A DNA stretch of 63,990 nucleotides, filler included, from Octopus bimaculoides (taxonomy: Eukaryota): assembly GCF_001194135.2 (NCBI RefSeq). It is 6 parts of 6 records of this genome, joined end to end, with 100 filler letters (N's around TTAATTAATTAA, not from the genome) between each part and the next. Parts side by side here need not be neighbours in the genome. Positions count along the whole stretch, not along the records: positions 30,220 to 51,728 come from NC_068988.1; positions 51,829 to 53,720 come from NC_068998.1; 4 more parts are not named here. One strand, 5' to 3'. The position numbers were made by a program, and so were the translations under genes. Below, piece by piece: positions 41,016-52,720 of this stretch (within the stretch, counting starts at the first letter, position 1; each line of letters begins with the position of its first letter). Under the pieces are notes generated by a model. It saw only the letters and a program-made list of their open reading frames with translations, had not been told where the DNA came from and ran no database searches.

Positions 41016-41449
41016 TGGCATTCCGTCGGTTATGACGCAAAGGTTCCAGTTAATTCGATCAACGGAACAGCCTGCTCGTGAGATTAACGTGCAAGTGGTT
41101 GAACACTCCACAGACACGCGTATCATTAACACATTATTCAGGAAGATACAAAATTTGACAAGGTTGGCTCTTTGAAATACAGGTATAACTCATTTTTGCC
41201 AGCTGAGTGAACAGGCGGTTAACATAGGGACATGGCTACTGAACATGAAGTAAGTCGTTTCGAAACAATAAACTCTTGTTACTGGCGACCAATACGAAGT
41301 GCCGATATTTCAATGTAGAGATAATAACCTACAGCATAAATCAACGTGAAATAAAGTGTCACCTGCAAGGACATAACGTGTTGCCGTGAATCGAACTCAT
41401 GATCTTAAGATTGTGAGTCGAATATCCTAACCATTAAGCCACGCGCCTT
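41016..41449 (-). mobile_element. tRNA-derived SINE (family C head, family D body) interrupted by MAM exon copy
   Basis: The head at 41342-41449 and the body at 41016-41211 are contiguous in the intact 18607 copy (ATTTCACGTTG-CTCCAGT-GCACTCAGCTGGCAAAAATGAG). Confidence 0.85.
41212..41341 (-). pseudogene. degenerate partial duplicate (pseudo-exon) of MAM exon 43172-42916
   Basis: About 15 mismatches in ~119 aligned nt by eye, a 34-nt deletion and an early TAA; retains the acceptor tttatgctgtag. Confidence 0.88.
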
Positions 41450-41604
41450 CACTGAAAGGAAACTCAGTACGATTGAGATAACTGGTTAGTTAAACTGGGC
41501 ATTAATCTTACTCCAGTTGGGAATTTTCGGTCTGGTTAGACTGAGATGAAGCTACTGATCATTGTTAGGCATTTAATAGTTCAATTACTACGATACGCGC
41601 GCGT

Positions 41605-41693
<89 letters not shown>

Positions 41694-42561
41694 CTCACAT
41701 TCACACACACACGTGCGTGCACACATTCACATACACGCACTCTCACAAATGCGCACATACTTTTACACAAACGTACACACGCACATACACGCATATTCGA
41801 GCACATACGAATATAACTACTGAAATGTTCCTGTGTAATAATAGTTTTTTTTTTTACAATCATAGCAATTTAAAGTAGAAAATGTGATATTTAGGAAAAC
41901 AATAAAAAGCAGGTTTTCTCGCTGACTAAAGAAATGAATTAGCCAATAATATTTCCAAAATTCCTTCTATTCAGTTCACGTATGACCGACTGTTTAAAGA
42001 TTGAGTTCTTCTTACACATCATTTCAAATGTACACATCTCAAAACTGTTGCCTAAGTGTCTCTCTCCCGAAATATCATTGAACAAGATTCATCAGACAAG
42101 CTTATTTTGTTGCTGTAAATGTAATACACTGCATGCTATTATTGTATGTACCCAATGAAGTTTACGTTTATTTGTATATACATACATACATACATACATA
42201 CATACATACATACATACATACATACATACATGCATGTATGTATCTAGCTGGCTAGCTATCCATGTAAACAATGAAAGCAATGAATACTAGGCAGAAAACA
42301 GCAAGGGAGGAACAAGTTTTAACAAATATTGTTTTACAAGTTTAACGTTCAAAAAGGAAAAGAGCCTTGAAGTTTCGGATGCTAGTCTTTCACCAAAAGA
42401 AAGATAGTGAAAAGTAATAATGAAAGAGAGTGAATGAGAAAACGTCATTAGGAGAAAAATCAAGAGTCAGGGGCTAGGTGGGTAAACGGTTCCATAGGGA
42501 TGTTATGGGAGAAGAGTGGGTAGGGGTATGCACATATAGTAGTGTGTCCATCTATTGAAAC

Positions 42562-42615
<54 letters not shown>

Positions 42616-42915
42616 GTCTGTATGTCTATATTATTACCAACGATGGAGTTGTCACTCGATCCGCGAGAAATAGTAGCTAATTTGCCTCCAAGCACATCCT
42701 ACTATACTAGATATGGAAGGGACACATTAGATACACAATACCCTAAAAAGACGGGTTAGATCATGGCTGGAATACATTTAATCTAAAGTCATACAGTTAC
42801 ACAGAATAAAACGCTAGTGAAAAACATTTGTTTTAATTGAAAAGTATTGAAAGAAGTAAAAACGTAAAAATGGGAAGGGGAATGAATATTTATATAAAAA
42901 AGAGAAAGAAATTAC

Positions 42916-43172
42916 CTGTGATGATTCTGAAACTGAGAAACCAATTCGAGTAATGTTCCAGTAGGGTCCAATGTTGCCACTTCTTATCCATAAAATTGTT
43001 TCTCTGTTGTGGTTGCGTAAACTGACGGTTAACATAGAGACATGGCTTCCGAACATAAAGTAAGCCATTTCAAAACAATAACCTCCTGTAACTGGCGGTA
43101 AAACCGGTGACATAATCCTTGCGACATCTCCACCAATACGAGGTGCCGATGTTTCAATGTAGAGATAATAGC
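42916..43172 (-). CDS. internal coding exon, central MAM domain (GYYLYIETSAPR...YCFEMAYFMFGSHV..L...LW..SGNIGPYW)
   Basis: Acceptor tttatgttatag (phase 1) and donor CAG|gtaatt (phase 0); GYYLYIETS, CFxFxYxMxG and LW..SG..G..W motifs are diagnostic of MAM. Confidence 0.93.
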
Positions 43173-43539
43173 CTATAACATAAACCAATGTGTTATATGT
43201 TAGATAAAAAAAATGGAGGAATAGAAAACAAGAATAGTTACTGTAACAGGCAAGTGAGTGATGATCAGGCTGGAAGTGTACTAGAAAAACAAAACGAACA
43301 CCAGACGAAGTGAAGATCGGTTAGAGAGAACTTCGTTAGAGAGGAATTGAGAGAATAGGTTTTAAGGGACTGTACTCACATATGCATACACACGCATGTA
43401 TAAAACCATTTTGAGGTAAAAGAATTGAATATACGTTGGTCTAGAGAAAATAGAGAATGAGACCTCAAGGTCGGTTACACACACGCATACATGCACACGC
43501 GCGCGCGAGCTCACCACACATACGCATGTATCTATTGGC

Positions 43540-43695
43540 TTTAAATTTTGACACCAGGTCAGCAATTTCAGGTGAGTGGGTGAGTCGATTACACCGACTT
43601 TAGTGCTCATCCCTGATAGGATGAACGGTGAAGTCGGCCTTGGTAGCATTTGAACTCAGAACGTCAGCGCGGTAACCATTCTGTCAACTCGCCTT
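43540..43695 (-). mobile_element. SINE family A (degenerate)
   Basis: Family A tail and core on the minus strand. Confidence 0.7.
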
Positions 43696-44063
43696 ACAGA
43701 CAGACAGATAGATAGATAAATAGATAGATAGACAGATAGATATAAGCATACATGTACTCATATACAGACATCGTTTTACGAAAAACAAATTAGATCACAA
43801 CATTAATTAGATTATAAGGTAACTAATAATGAAAATCAAATACTAAAGAATTAAATGTTAATAATACACATACATATAATAAAAAAAATGATTGTAACGG
43901 TAAACTTTTTATCGTCATGCAATAACGCACACATGCATAAAATAATAAATCATTATGATTTTATATTTTTTTCTGAACATAAATTCAAATTAATTTAACC
44001 GATGGGTTTGGATATTTATAACGTTCGTATATAATTATGTATATACATATGTGTGTGTGTATT

Positions 44064-44094
<31 letters not shown>

Positions 44095-44129
44095 ATTTGT
44101 GCGCGCGCGTGTGTGTGTGTGTGTGTAAA

Positions 44130-44166
<37 letters not shown>

Positions 44167-44324
44167 AGTTAGCGGTTAGACAGCCATCCAAGGGATAATA
44201 AATATCCAATATACTACTAGAGGGATACCTATTTCCATTCAAAGGCTTACTTTTGCAAGGCAATAGTACAATTGAATAATAGGTACAAGTGGAGTTAAAC
44301 AAAAGTTTATCCGGAATTTATAAA

Positions 44325-44698
44325 AGGCAAGGAAGAAAATGGAAAAGAGATTCACTTGACAAACATCAGTAAGATTTATTTACTATAATCATAGGAATAA
44401 ATAAATAAATAAATAAATAAATACAACTCCACTCTTACAGCTGTTTCTACTTTGGGGCTCCAATATGCTACAGTTGACGTATCAAACAAAAATTGAACTC
44501 CAAAGCTTCATCAGAGAGTCAGTAAGTCGATAATGATAAAGACACAAGGTAAAAAAAGTAAAAAATAAATAAGTAAAGCCCCAGAGTAGAAACAGCTGTA
44601 AGAGTGGAGTTGTATTTATTTATTTTTTCTTGTAATTATAGTAAATAAATCTTACTGATGTTTGTCAATTGAATTACTCCTCCATATTCTTCTTGCCT
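44325..44698. mobile_element. fold-back MITE with ~130-bp TIRs
   Basis: AGGCAAG...TTGACAAACATCAGTAAGATTTATTTACTATAAT...TACAACTCCACTCTTACAGCTGTTTCTAC is mirrored at 44580-44698. Confidence 0.85.
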
Positions 44699-44711
44699 AA
44701 TGTATATAGAT

Positions 44712-45119
44712 AGGCGCAGGAGTAGCTGTGTGGTAAGTAGTTTGCTTACCAACCACATGGTTCTGGCTTCAGTCCCACTGCGTGGCACCTTGGGCAAGTG
44801 TCTTCTACTATAGCCTCGGGTCTACCAAAGCCTTGTGAGTGGATTTAGTAGACGGAAACTGAAAGAAGCCCGTCGTATGTATATGTATATATATGTGTTT
44901 GTATGTTTGTGTGTCTGTGTTTATCCACCCAACATCGCTTGACAACCGCTGCTGGTGTGTTTACGTCCCCGTAACTTAGCGGTTCGGAAAAAAGCCCGAT
45001 AGAATAAGTACTAGGCTTACAAAGAATGAGTCCTGGGGTCGATTTGCTCGACTAAAGGCGGTGCTCCAGCATGGCCGCAGTCAAATGACTGAAGCAGGTG
45101 AAAGAGTAAATAGTAAGAG
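44712..45119 (+). mobile_element. tRNA-derived SINE family B (full length)
   Basis: tRNA-like head, CCTTGGGCAAG CORE-like box, central (TA/TG) tract and conserved 3' tail; at least six other pieces in the window. Confidence 0.92.
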
Positions 45120-45309
45120 TATNNNNNNNNNNNNNNNNNNNNNNNNNNNNNNNNNNNNNNNNNNNNNNNNNNNNNNNNNNNNNNNNNNNNNNNNNNNNNN
45201 NNNNNNNNNNNNNNNNTATATATATAATTTCTTTTATGAGTTTCATCTAGAAGCTGAGGCCATGCTGGTGCACCGCCTTTACAACATCTGGGGATTTTTC
45301 TAGTATTGC

Positions 45310-45830
45310 TTCCGGTGAAGTAGCGAGTTGGGCATTGTCACTTTTCTTTGTGCCACCTGCTGCGGTGTGGGCTCATCTGGTATTGCAGATAAAAAATTGT
45401 CTAGACTTTTCTTGAAGACTTACATGTCTACATCTTGCAGATCCATGATGTTCTGTGGTAGGGCATTTCAAAGTTGTGTTCCCTTGAATAACAAACCATC
45501 ACGATATTGGGTTCGTATCCTCGATGGAGAAGATTGGACTTTTGATACTGTGCAGTGCCGTCCAGTTCAGGATTGTTGTAGATTTTGATTCCGAAATTTG
45601 GAGCTAGACCCATCATTATTTTCCATATGTATAACACTGCATATCTCTCACGTCTCCTTTTCAGGAAGTAGAGTCCCAGTTCCTTCAACCTCTCCCAGTA
45701 GCCCATTTTCTTTGTGCAGTGGCGTTGGATCGCCTCTAGTTCCGCAATTAGTTTTACACCCTGGGGAGACCACATTTGAGAGCAGTAGTCCAGACGACTG
45801 AGGACGAAAGTTCTCCAAAGCAGAATTTTA
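45310..45830 (-). mobile_element. CR1/L2-group LINE ORF2 C-terminus
   Basis: WSP...ELEAIQR...YWERLKELGLY.LKRRRERYAVLYIWKIMMGLAPN. Confidence 0.85.
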
Positions 45831-45849
45831 GTGCTACACGATCGTAAAG

Positions 45850-46540
45850 TTGTCTAACATCCATGCTTCGGTTACGAGGGTTTTATGAGAAGGTATTGAG
45901 TCTTGGTAAAACAGGTAAAGCTTTCCATTGCGTTAATGATCTATCCAGGGCTTAACAACTCTCTCAAAATCCTCAAGGTATCCAGCAACATTTATTGTAA
46001 GATCCTGTAGTAAAATGAGGTGGTATGACGTATCCTTCTTTACTCATCATTCCAAAGGCCATTGCAGTTGCTGGATCTTAGTGTGCATTACTTTGTGGAC
46101 ATCAGAAGGAGTTGCACGTAATCATTTGTTGTTTCTCTGGTTAGAATTTTGGTCTTCGCCGAAGCTTTTCTCCTCATGCCAAGTTTGTGAAAAGTTTTGA
46201 TCTTGGTAGGTAACCGCTTGGTACAGATCAAACAGTTTTCCTGTATTTTTGCAGACAGGAATTGGTCTCTCCTCAATTCATGCAAATTGTATCGAATGTC
46301 CTTGTGCACCAAAGTTTTGACACTCCACTCCAGTATCTGAAGTTCTTTAACGATGGCCCACATTGAATTTTTTTTTTTTGATCATCAGCGTTAGTGTTTT
46401 GAACTCGCTAAATGAATTGCGGTGTCTTTATAGTATTCGAGCATTTAGAATTATATTTTCTCACTTCGATACAGTTGAAACATTCACACCAGAGGATTTC
46501 AATTCAATCGGAATTTAGTATACATAAGATCTTGCAACAT
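45850..46540 (-). mobile_element. Tc1/mariner (DD37D/maT-like) transposase relic
   Basis: LVHKDIRYNLHELRRDQFLSAKIQEN, plus FSDEK-like and VMHTK-like pieces; multiple frameshifts. Confidence 0.75.
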
Positions 46541-46706
46541 TTAGAAAGTTTTTAAGTTTTAAATCACTGTGCTCCGTACATATGCCAACTTTGACTGCCT
46601 GTTTTTCATTTCTTGTATTAGCATTTTATCTGTCTAGGGGACCCTAAAAGAAATAAAACCTTTCAATTGGTTTGAAGGCAGTAATATACTGATAATCAAG
46701 CGTCCT

Positions 46707-46746
<40 letters not shown>

Positions 46747-47052
46747 NNNNNNNNNNNNNNNNNNNNNNNNNNNNNNNNNNNNNNNNNNNNNNNNNNNNNN
46801 NNNNNNNNNNNNNNNNNNNNNNNNNNNNNNNNNNNNNNNNNNNNNNNNNNNNNNNTCATACATGTAGTTGTCCCTTGCTTTACAGGGAAAATTAGGTCTG
46901 TGATTCATTGCGTTGGTCATTAAAACGTAGGGAATTACGTTTTAATGACATTATTAATCAAGAAAAACACAAAATTTGATCACTTTTAAAATAGGAATTT
47001 TAAAAATGCGTTTATTGTGTGAGGATATAGCATATGGATCTGCCATGTCACG

Positions 47053-47180
47053 TGATTTCGACGTACCATGTCTTTTCACATGATTTCGACGTACTCCGTC
47101 TTTTCATGTGATTTCGACGTACCATGTCTTTTCACATGATTTCGACGTACTCCGTCTTTTCATGTGATTTCGACGTACCC
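47053..47180. repeat. 28-bp tandem repeat x~5 with alternating A/B units
   Basis: TGATTTCGACGTAC at 47053, 47081, 47109, 47137 and 47165. Confidence 0.92.
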
Positions 47181-47752
47181 TTTCTTATTAGCCGCATACC
47201 AGCGAAATCTTACTGCCAGTGATATATGGAATTACAGTGACTATTCAAGTACTGACACCAGCGATATAAATATGGGTACTTTTATGCACCATGTGCCCAT
47301 ATGCGAGGTCCTCTCAAGATAGATAACGTAGTATTCAACGTTCAAATAATGCATCTAATAATGCATCTAATAATAACATCAACCTTAATGTGGATGTTAT
47401 TAATATTGCTTCTATCGCAAATAATTATATAAATGAATATACATATATGTACGTATGTATGTATGTATGTATGTATGTATGTATGTATGTATGTATGTAT
47501 GTACACGTATAGGAGGGTTACTATCGTAATATTGAGTAGGTAAGCTATTTTACACAATGAATGATGTATGTTATATCATCGAAAATCCAACTGTTATACT
47601 ATTTAATAAATTTCATTGTTTCTACTATTTTCTTTCAACTGTTGCTTTGTTTAGTTTCAATCGTTTCCCACCTTCTCTTGAAACCTTTCCATTTTGAAGT
47701 CGATTTAATATTTTCATTTTCATAGAAACTGATTTTCTTGACATATTAAAAC

Positions 47753-48076
47753 TGTGGTGTTATGAGTCAGGCTGTGTTGTAGGGAAGGATCAGAAGTGAG
47801 AGAGTAGGCATGTCCTATCGGAAGTGGGGCCTGTAAGTCCCACCGGAAGTGCCGCGGTGGACATGCGGCATTCAGTGAAGCACGAGGGGAGTCGGCGGCG
47901 AACAGCACATCAAAGCGGACGTGTGAGAAGGTAGGGCATTGGATAGCGCATGTGGACGTGGAGTAAACCTTGGAAATTGTGACAGCACGTGGATGTTGAA
48001 AGTGACCCTTTCTCCGGACTGACAGGTAAGATTACCGTAATTCTCTCTTCTGTCTTTTTTCTTCCTTTACATCACA
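47753..48076 (+). repeat. Gypsy 5' LTR (TG...CA, 324 bp)
   Basis: Starts TGTGGTG, ends CATCACA and matches 51542 onward. Confidence 0.88.
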
Positions 48077-51000
48077 AGCTATTTCTGCTCAAACGAGAAA
48101 AGAAAAAGAAAAAAAATGATGGGCATGGTCCGTGTTTCGAATGAGACAGTTAGGCCATTTTGTGGCGAGGGAGATGTGACCGCTTGGATGCAAAAAACTA
48201 ACTTGGTGGCAAGACTCCAAGGTATAGATGTTCTAGCCACTTTTATACCGTTGTACATCGATGGATCGGTGTTGGCGCTATACCTGGAAATGGAAGAGAA
48301 GGACCAGTTGAGCGCAGAAAAAAATAGAAGGCCGGCTGATGGAGGCTTTCACAGAAGGGCCATTTATGGCATATGGTCGACTGGGGAAAATAAAGTGGAA
48401 GGGCGAACAGATCGATGTGTTTGCCAACGAAATCAGGAGATTGACTAGACTCGTGGGATATAGAGATGGCGCGTTAGAACAAAGCGTAAAAATAAGCCTT
48501 TGTAACAGGATTTCCTGACCATCGGGCCAGAGCCATCGTCTCGTGTTGCAGAACGACACCTTTGGCAGCGACTGCAACACCGAGAAGGGGACGAACAAAG
48601 AGCGGCGGAGAGGGGTCGAACAAGGAGCGTGTGCGACCCTTCAAAGGGCAATGTTTTCGGTGTCTGGGTTCGCACATGGCGAGGGACTGCAGGGAATCCA
48701 GGCTTGGAGTGATTTGCTAGAGAATGCGTGCAGGGAAACGGTCCAAGGGATACTACTGCACCGGTAGTTGTCCCATCTAAGGAGTAGAGGCACATTTACA
48801 GTCGTTGCTAGTAGTAGAAGTCGTGTTGAACGAAAAGGTGTCACGAACCCTCGTGGACGCGGGCTGCTAAACCCTAATGACTCCAGAAGTGGTAGAAGAA
48901 TGGAGTGGAGTGAGGGTTGTTGACGGTACGGTAGTTGAATGCAGAGGAAGTAGCGATGTGGAGATGGTGGTACGAGGAACATGATTGAGGTTGCGGGCTA
49001 TTGTAATTGATCGTGTAGTGGACGGGATCGATGTCGTGATGGGGATGGACACCATTGTCCGCTTGGGAAGTGTTACGGTCAATGAAGCCGGTGTAGTGCT
49101 CGGTGATGCGGGGGCGCTATGCGCTGTGAGTTCGCGACAGGAGAGTGGTGAGAGCTGCGAAGAAAAATATGCTGCACACACTATCACAGACAAACATTTT
49201 CGAGCTGTGTTCGATGGCCGGCAGTGGATAGTGGAAGGGAGATTCTCCGACATTGAAGAACGCAATAGGCTGCTATCAGCATACCCCGAAAGGGGATGCC
49301 AGAAGCGAGTTCGAGGGAGAGGTGGACCGGTGGCTCAAGGAAGGTGTTCTGATTCCTTGGAAGGAGGAAGTGAAGACTGGAGTGCTACCGCTGATGGCAA
49401 TAGTGTAGCCGACGAAACATAAAGTCAGGCCAGTATTGGATTTCCGGGAACTGAACGACCACGTATTGTGCCATACGGGCGGTGAAGCTACGGACATTTG
49501 TAGCGAAACCTTGAGAGAGTGGAGGAAGATGACGGGGGCCTCCACAATCGTCGCATGCCTGCAGCTGCATGTGGCTGAGAGACTGGGGAAATATCAGCTG
49601 GTAAGGTATAAGGGACGGACATACTGCCTGACCAGGTTGGGATTCAGGCTGAATTTAGCACCGAAGATTATGGCGATAATTCTCAAGACCATCCTGCGAA
49701 AAGCCAACAAAGTGAAAAGAACCACCAATTTCTATATCGATGACATCCTGGTGGATGAGAGCATAGTGTCGGCAAAGAGGTCATAAGCTACATGAAAAGT
49801 TTTGGGCTAACTGCAATGGAAGGAGGAGCTGCCCTGGGACTCAAGCTACGGAGAGACAAGGCTGGCATGTTGGTGTTTCAGAGAGGGAATGAAATCCCAG
49901 AACTGGGCTCAAAGACAAGCAGGCGGGAACTGTTTTCTGTGTGTGTGAAGCTGCTGGGACACTACCCGATTGCAGGATGGCTCCGGACGGCATGCAACTT
50001 CATCAAGAGGCGAGCTGAAGGAGTGAGGTGGAGTGATAACGTAGGCGAGAAGACAACCACCATGATGCAAGAAGTCTTGGAGAGGGTGACTGCGGAGGAC
50101 CCAGTAAGAGGGAACTGGTGTGTGCCCAAATTGAAGAAGGGGATCGTGTGGTGTGATGCCAGCAGCAGAGATACGGGAGTTGTCCTAGAAATTGGAGGTG
50201 TCGTGGTGAAGGATGCGGCCTGGCTTAGGAAGAAGGACGACTACAACCACATCAAGGTGGCGGAGCTGGATGCCGTGCTGAAAGGGCTGAACCTGGCCCT
50301 GAGGTGGGGGCTGCGTACCATCGAGATCCGGACCGATTCGGCCACTATACTTAGGTGGGTGGGATCAGTGATCACAGGCGAGCGGAGAGTGCAAACCAAA
50401 GGGTGTGCAGAAATGCTGATAAAACGCCGTCTGGGAATTCTGGGCGAGCTAACTGCCGAGTTTGACCTGAGGCTGAGTGTGGTTTTTGTGCCCTCAGAGA
50501 GAAATAGAGCGGACATCCTGACCAGAGTAAAGAAAGCTTGGTTGCAGGTGCCAGAGGATCTGGAGCAGGGAGTGGCTGCAGTGTATCGACTGAGTGACTT
50601 GCAACTGAGAAGATTGCATACCATGCATCACATGGGGGTGGACAGGACCCTGTTCCTAGCCAGGAAAGTTGACTCTGACGTGTCCAGGCAGAGTGTGCAA
50701 AGAGTAGTTGGGAGCTGCGACAGGTGCCAGTCCATTGACCCCGCTCCGGGTGTGCATTCCAGTAGAATACAACTGGAAACGACTGGCAGTGGACGTGACG
50801 CACTACCGGCAGGGGACATACCTCTCGATGGTCGACTGCGGATCAGGTCGGTTGGCTATATGGAGGGAGATGAAGACGGGAACCGGGGAGGAAATCACAA
50901 GAATACTGAATGAAGTATTTCTAGAACGAGGCCCTGTGGACGAGCTGCTTGTCGACAATGGAAATAGAGTTGTGGAGAGGCATCATCGAACCATCAAGAC

Positions 51001-51541
51001 CATAGCAGAGAGGGGCCACATCTCACCGATCGAGGCTGTTTTTTGGTATAATATGTCGCCCAGGACGGGTCAGGCTGAGGAGTCAGTTCCACATAGGGCA
51101 ATATTCAAGTACGAGTGGAGGCATCCATGTACTGTATCGCCGCGTCCGGCAGAAGAGAAACAGCATGCCTTTGTGCAGGTCGGAGAAGAAGTCTGGGTTA
51201 ATCCCCCAAATGCGCGGTGCACATCATAGTGGGAAACGGGAACAATAACCTCTGTGAATTCGAGGAACAACGTATCCGTAGATGGCATGCCGCGACATGT
51301 TTTGGATGTGCGCAGGGTCATCACTGCGACGGAGGATGGGGGCCAACAGTAACGGACAAGAGAACGAAGCCGGCAGGAACATGCCAGGAACTGAGGCCAG
51401 TGCTGAAGTCCTACGGCGGTCACAGAGGGAGCGGTGCCTTCCTCGCTGGCTGTCTGATTATAAGACAAGTTAAGGCGTATGGTCGGGATTGAGAAGAGCG
51501 CGTGGGCAGGTTGGTTGAATGATCTTCAGATCAGGGGGGCG

Positions 51542-51728
51542 TGTGGTGTTATGAGCCAGGCTGTGTTGTAGGGAAGGATCGGAAGTGGGAGAGTAGGCAT
51601 GTCCTGTCGGAAGTGGGGCCTGTGGACCCACCGGAAGTGCCGCGGTGGACATGCGACATTCAGTGAAGCACGAGGGGAGTCGGCGGCGAACAGCACATCA
51701 GAGCGGACGTGTGAGAAGGTAGAACGTC
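51542..51728 (+). repeat. Gypsy 3' LTR (truncated by assembly join)
   Basis: Follows the PPT; about 95% similar to the 5' LTR by eye. Confidence 0.9.
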
Positions 51729-51772
51729 NNNNNNNNNNNNNNNNNNNNNNNNNNNNNNNNNNNNNNNNNNNN

Positions 51773-51784
51773 TTAATTAATTAA
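51773..51784. other. assembly linker TTAATTAATTAA
   Basis: N44-linker-N44. Confidence 0.95.
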
Positions 51785-51984
51785 NNNNNNNNNNNNNNNN
51801 NNNNNNNNNNNNNNNNNNNNNNNNNNNNTTATTCTTGTTATTGTTGCTGTTAGTTTTTTCAGTTTCGCGATCCTGGCTCAATAGGAGATCGATCATAAAA
51901 GACGTTCCAGCTATGACTAAAACAGTTTTTACTTCTTCTTTTTCGTGGTCATCATCATCATCATCATCATCATCGTCATCATTA

Positions 51985-52128
51985 TCATCATTACCATTAT
52001 TATTGAGAAAGAGATCAGTGCTTGCCAGCAAAGTGACACTGGGGTAAAATATACGAAGCTCAGTATACACATCATGACTACCCGCCTGATAAGGGTACAC
52101 CAGGCACATGCATCACAACCATATGTAC
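51985..52128 (-). mobile_element. R4/Dong-like family 3' UTR fragment with (AAT)n tail
   Basis: Reverse complement of 31697-31830. Confidence 0.8.
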
Positions 52129-52340
52129 ACAATAGTCTCAGTGGGCCACGCTTGGTAATTCAGCCGGAAATAATAATGATGGCTGTTTCTGAAAGGATGC
52201 TATGGAAGAGGTACCTTCGGACTCTGATGCTACGGCATCAGCTGAACGGATCGACGAAGAGAGTACTGGACGGAGGGACTACTGGACAGATGGATCATTG
52301 GATGGATGGACTATCACACATTGTCACAAGACAAGGGATG

Positions 52341-52720
52341 TTGGCACTCCGTCGCTTACGACGTCGAGGGTTCCAGTTGATCCGATCAACGGAACAGACT
52401 GCTCGTGAAATTAACGTGCAAGTGGCTGGGCACTCCACAGACAACGTGTACCCTTAACGTAGTTCTCGGGGATATTCAGCGTGACAGAGTGTGACAAGGC
52501 TGACCCTTTGAATTACAGGTACAACAGAAACAGGAAGTAAGAGTGAGAGAGAGTTGTGGTGAAAGAGTACAGCAGGGTTCACCACCATCCCCTGCCGGAG
52601 CCTCGTGGAGCTTTAAGTGTTTTCGCTCGATAAACATTCACAACGCCAGGTCTGGGAATCGAAACCGCGATCCTACGACGGCGCGTCCGCTGCCCTAACC
52701 ACTGGGTCATTGCGCCTCCA
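52341..52720 (-). mobile_element. full-length tRNA-derived SINE (family D)
   Basis: Minus-strand head GGAGGCGCAATGACCCAGTGGTTAGG...GGTTTCGATTCCC; the body matches the 11091 and 41016 copies. Confidence 0.88.

Larger units (their letters stand above)
47753..51728 (+). mobile_element. Ty3/Gypsy LTR retrotransposon, near complete but decayed
   Basis: Two matching LTRs; gag with CFRCLGSHMARDC knuckle; RT (FYIDDILVD), RNase H (WCDAS...AELDA...TDS), integrase (H..HH...C..C; LAVDVTH; VDNG; VERHHRTIK) in Gypsy order; PPT AGGGGGGCG before the 3' LTR; many frameshifts. Confidence 0.95.

Noticed and set aside
46916-46949. Perfect 14-bp hairpin GTCATTAAAACGTA-GGGAAT-TACGTTTTAATGAC
   Set aside because: Short and AT-rich with no supporting context; likely a TE remnant or chance.
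38415-47180. 28- and 29-bp repeats of CRISPR-like length
   Set aside because: Head-to-tail tandem units with no unique spacers and no cas genes, in eukaryotic DNA.
47753-51728. Most LTR differences are A in the 5' LTR versus G in the 3' LTR, suggestive of ADAR editing
   Set aside because: LTRs are identical at integration, so RNA editing would appear in both; the number of differences is also too small.
18607-52720. tRNA-like A/B boxes in several places
   Set aside because: All are SINE heads without a complete cloverleaf; no true tRNA gene is supported.
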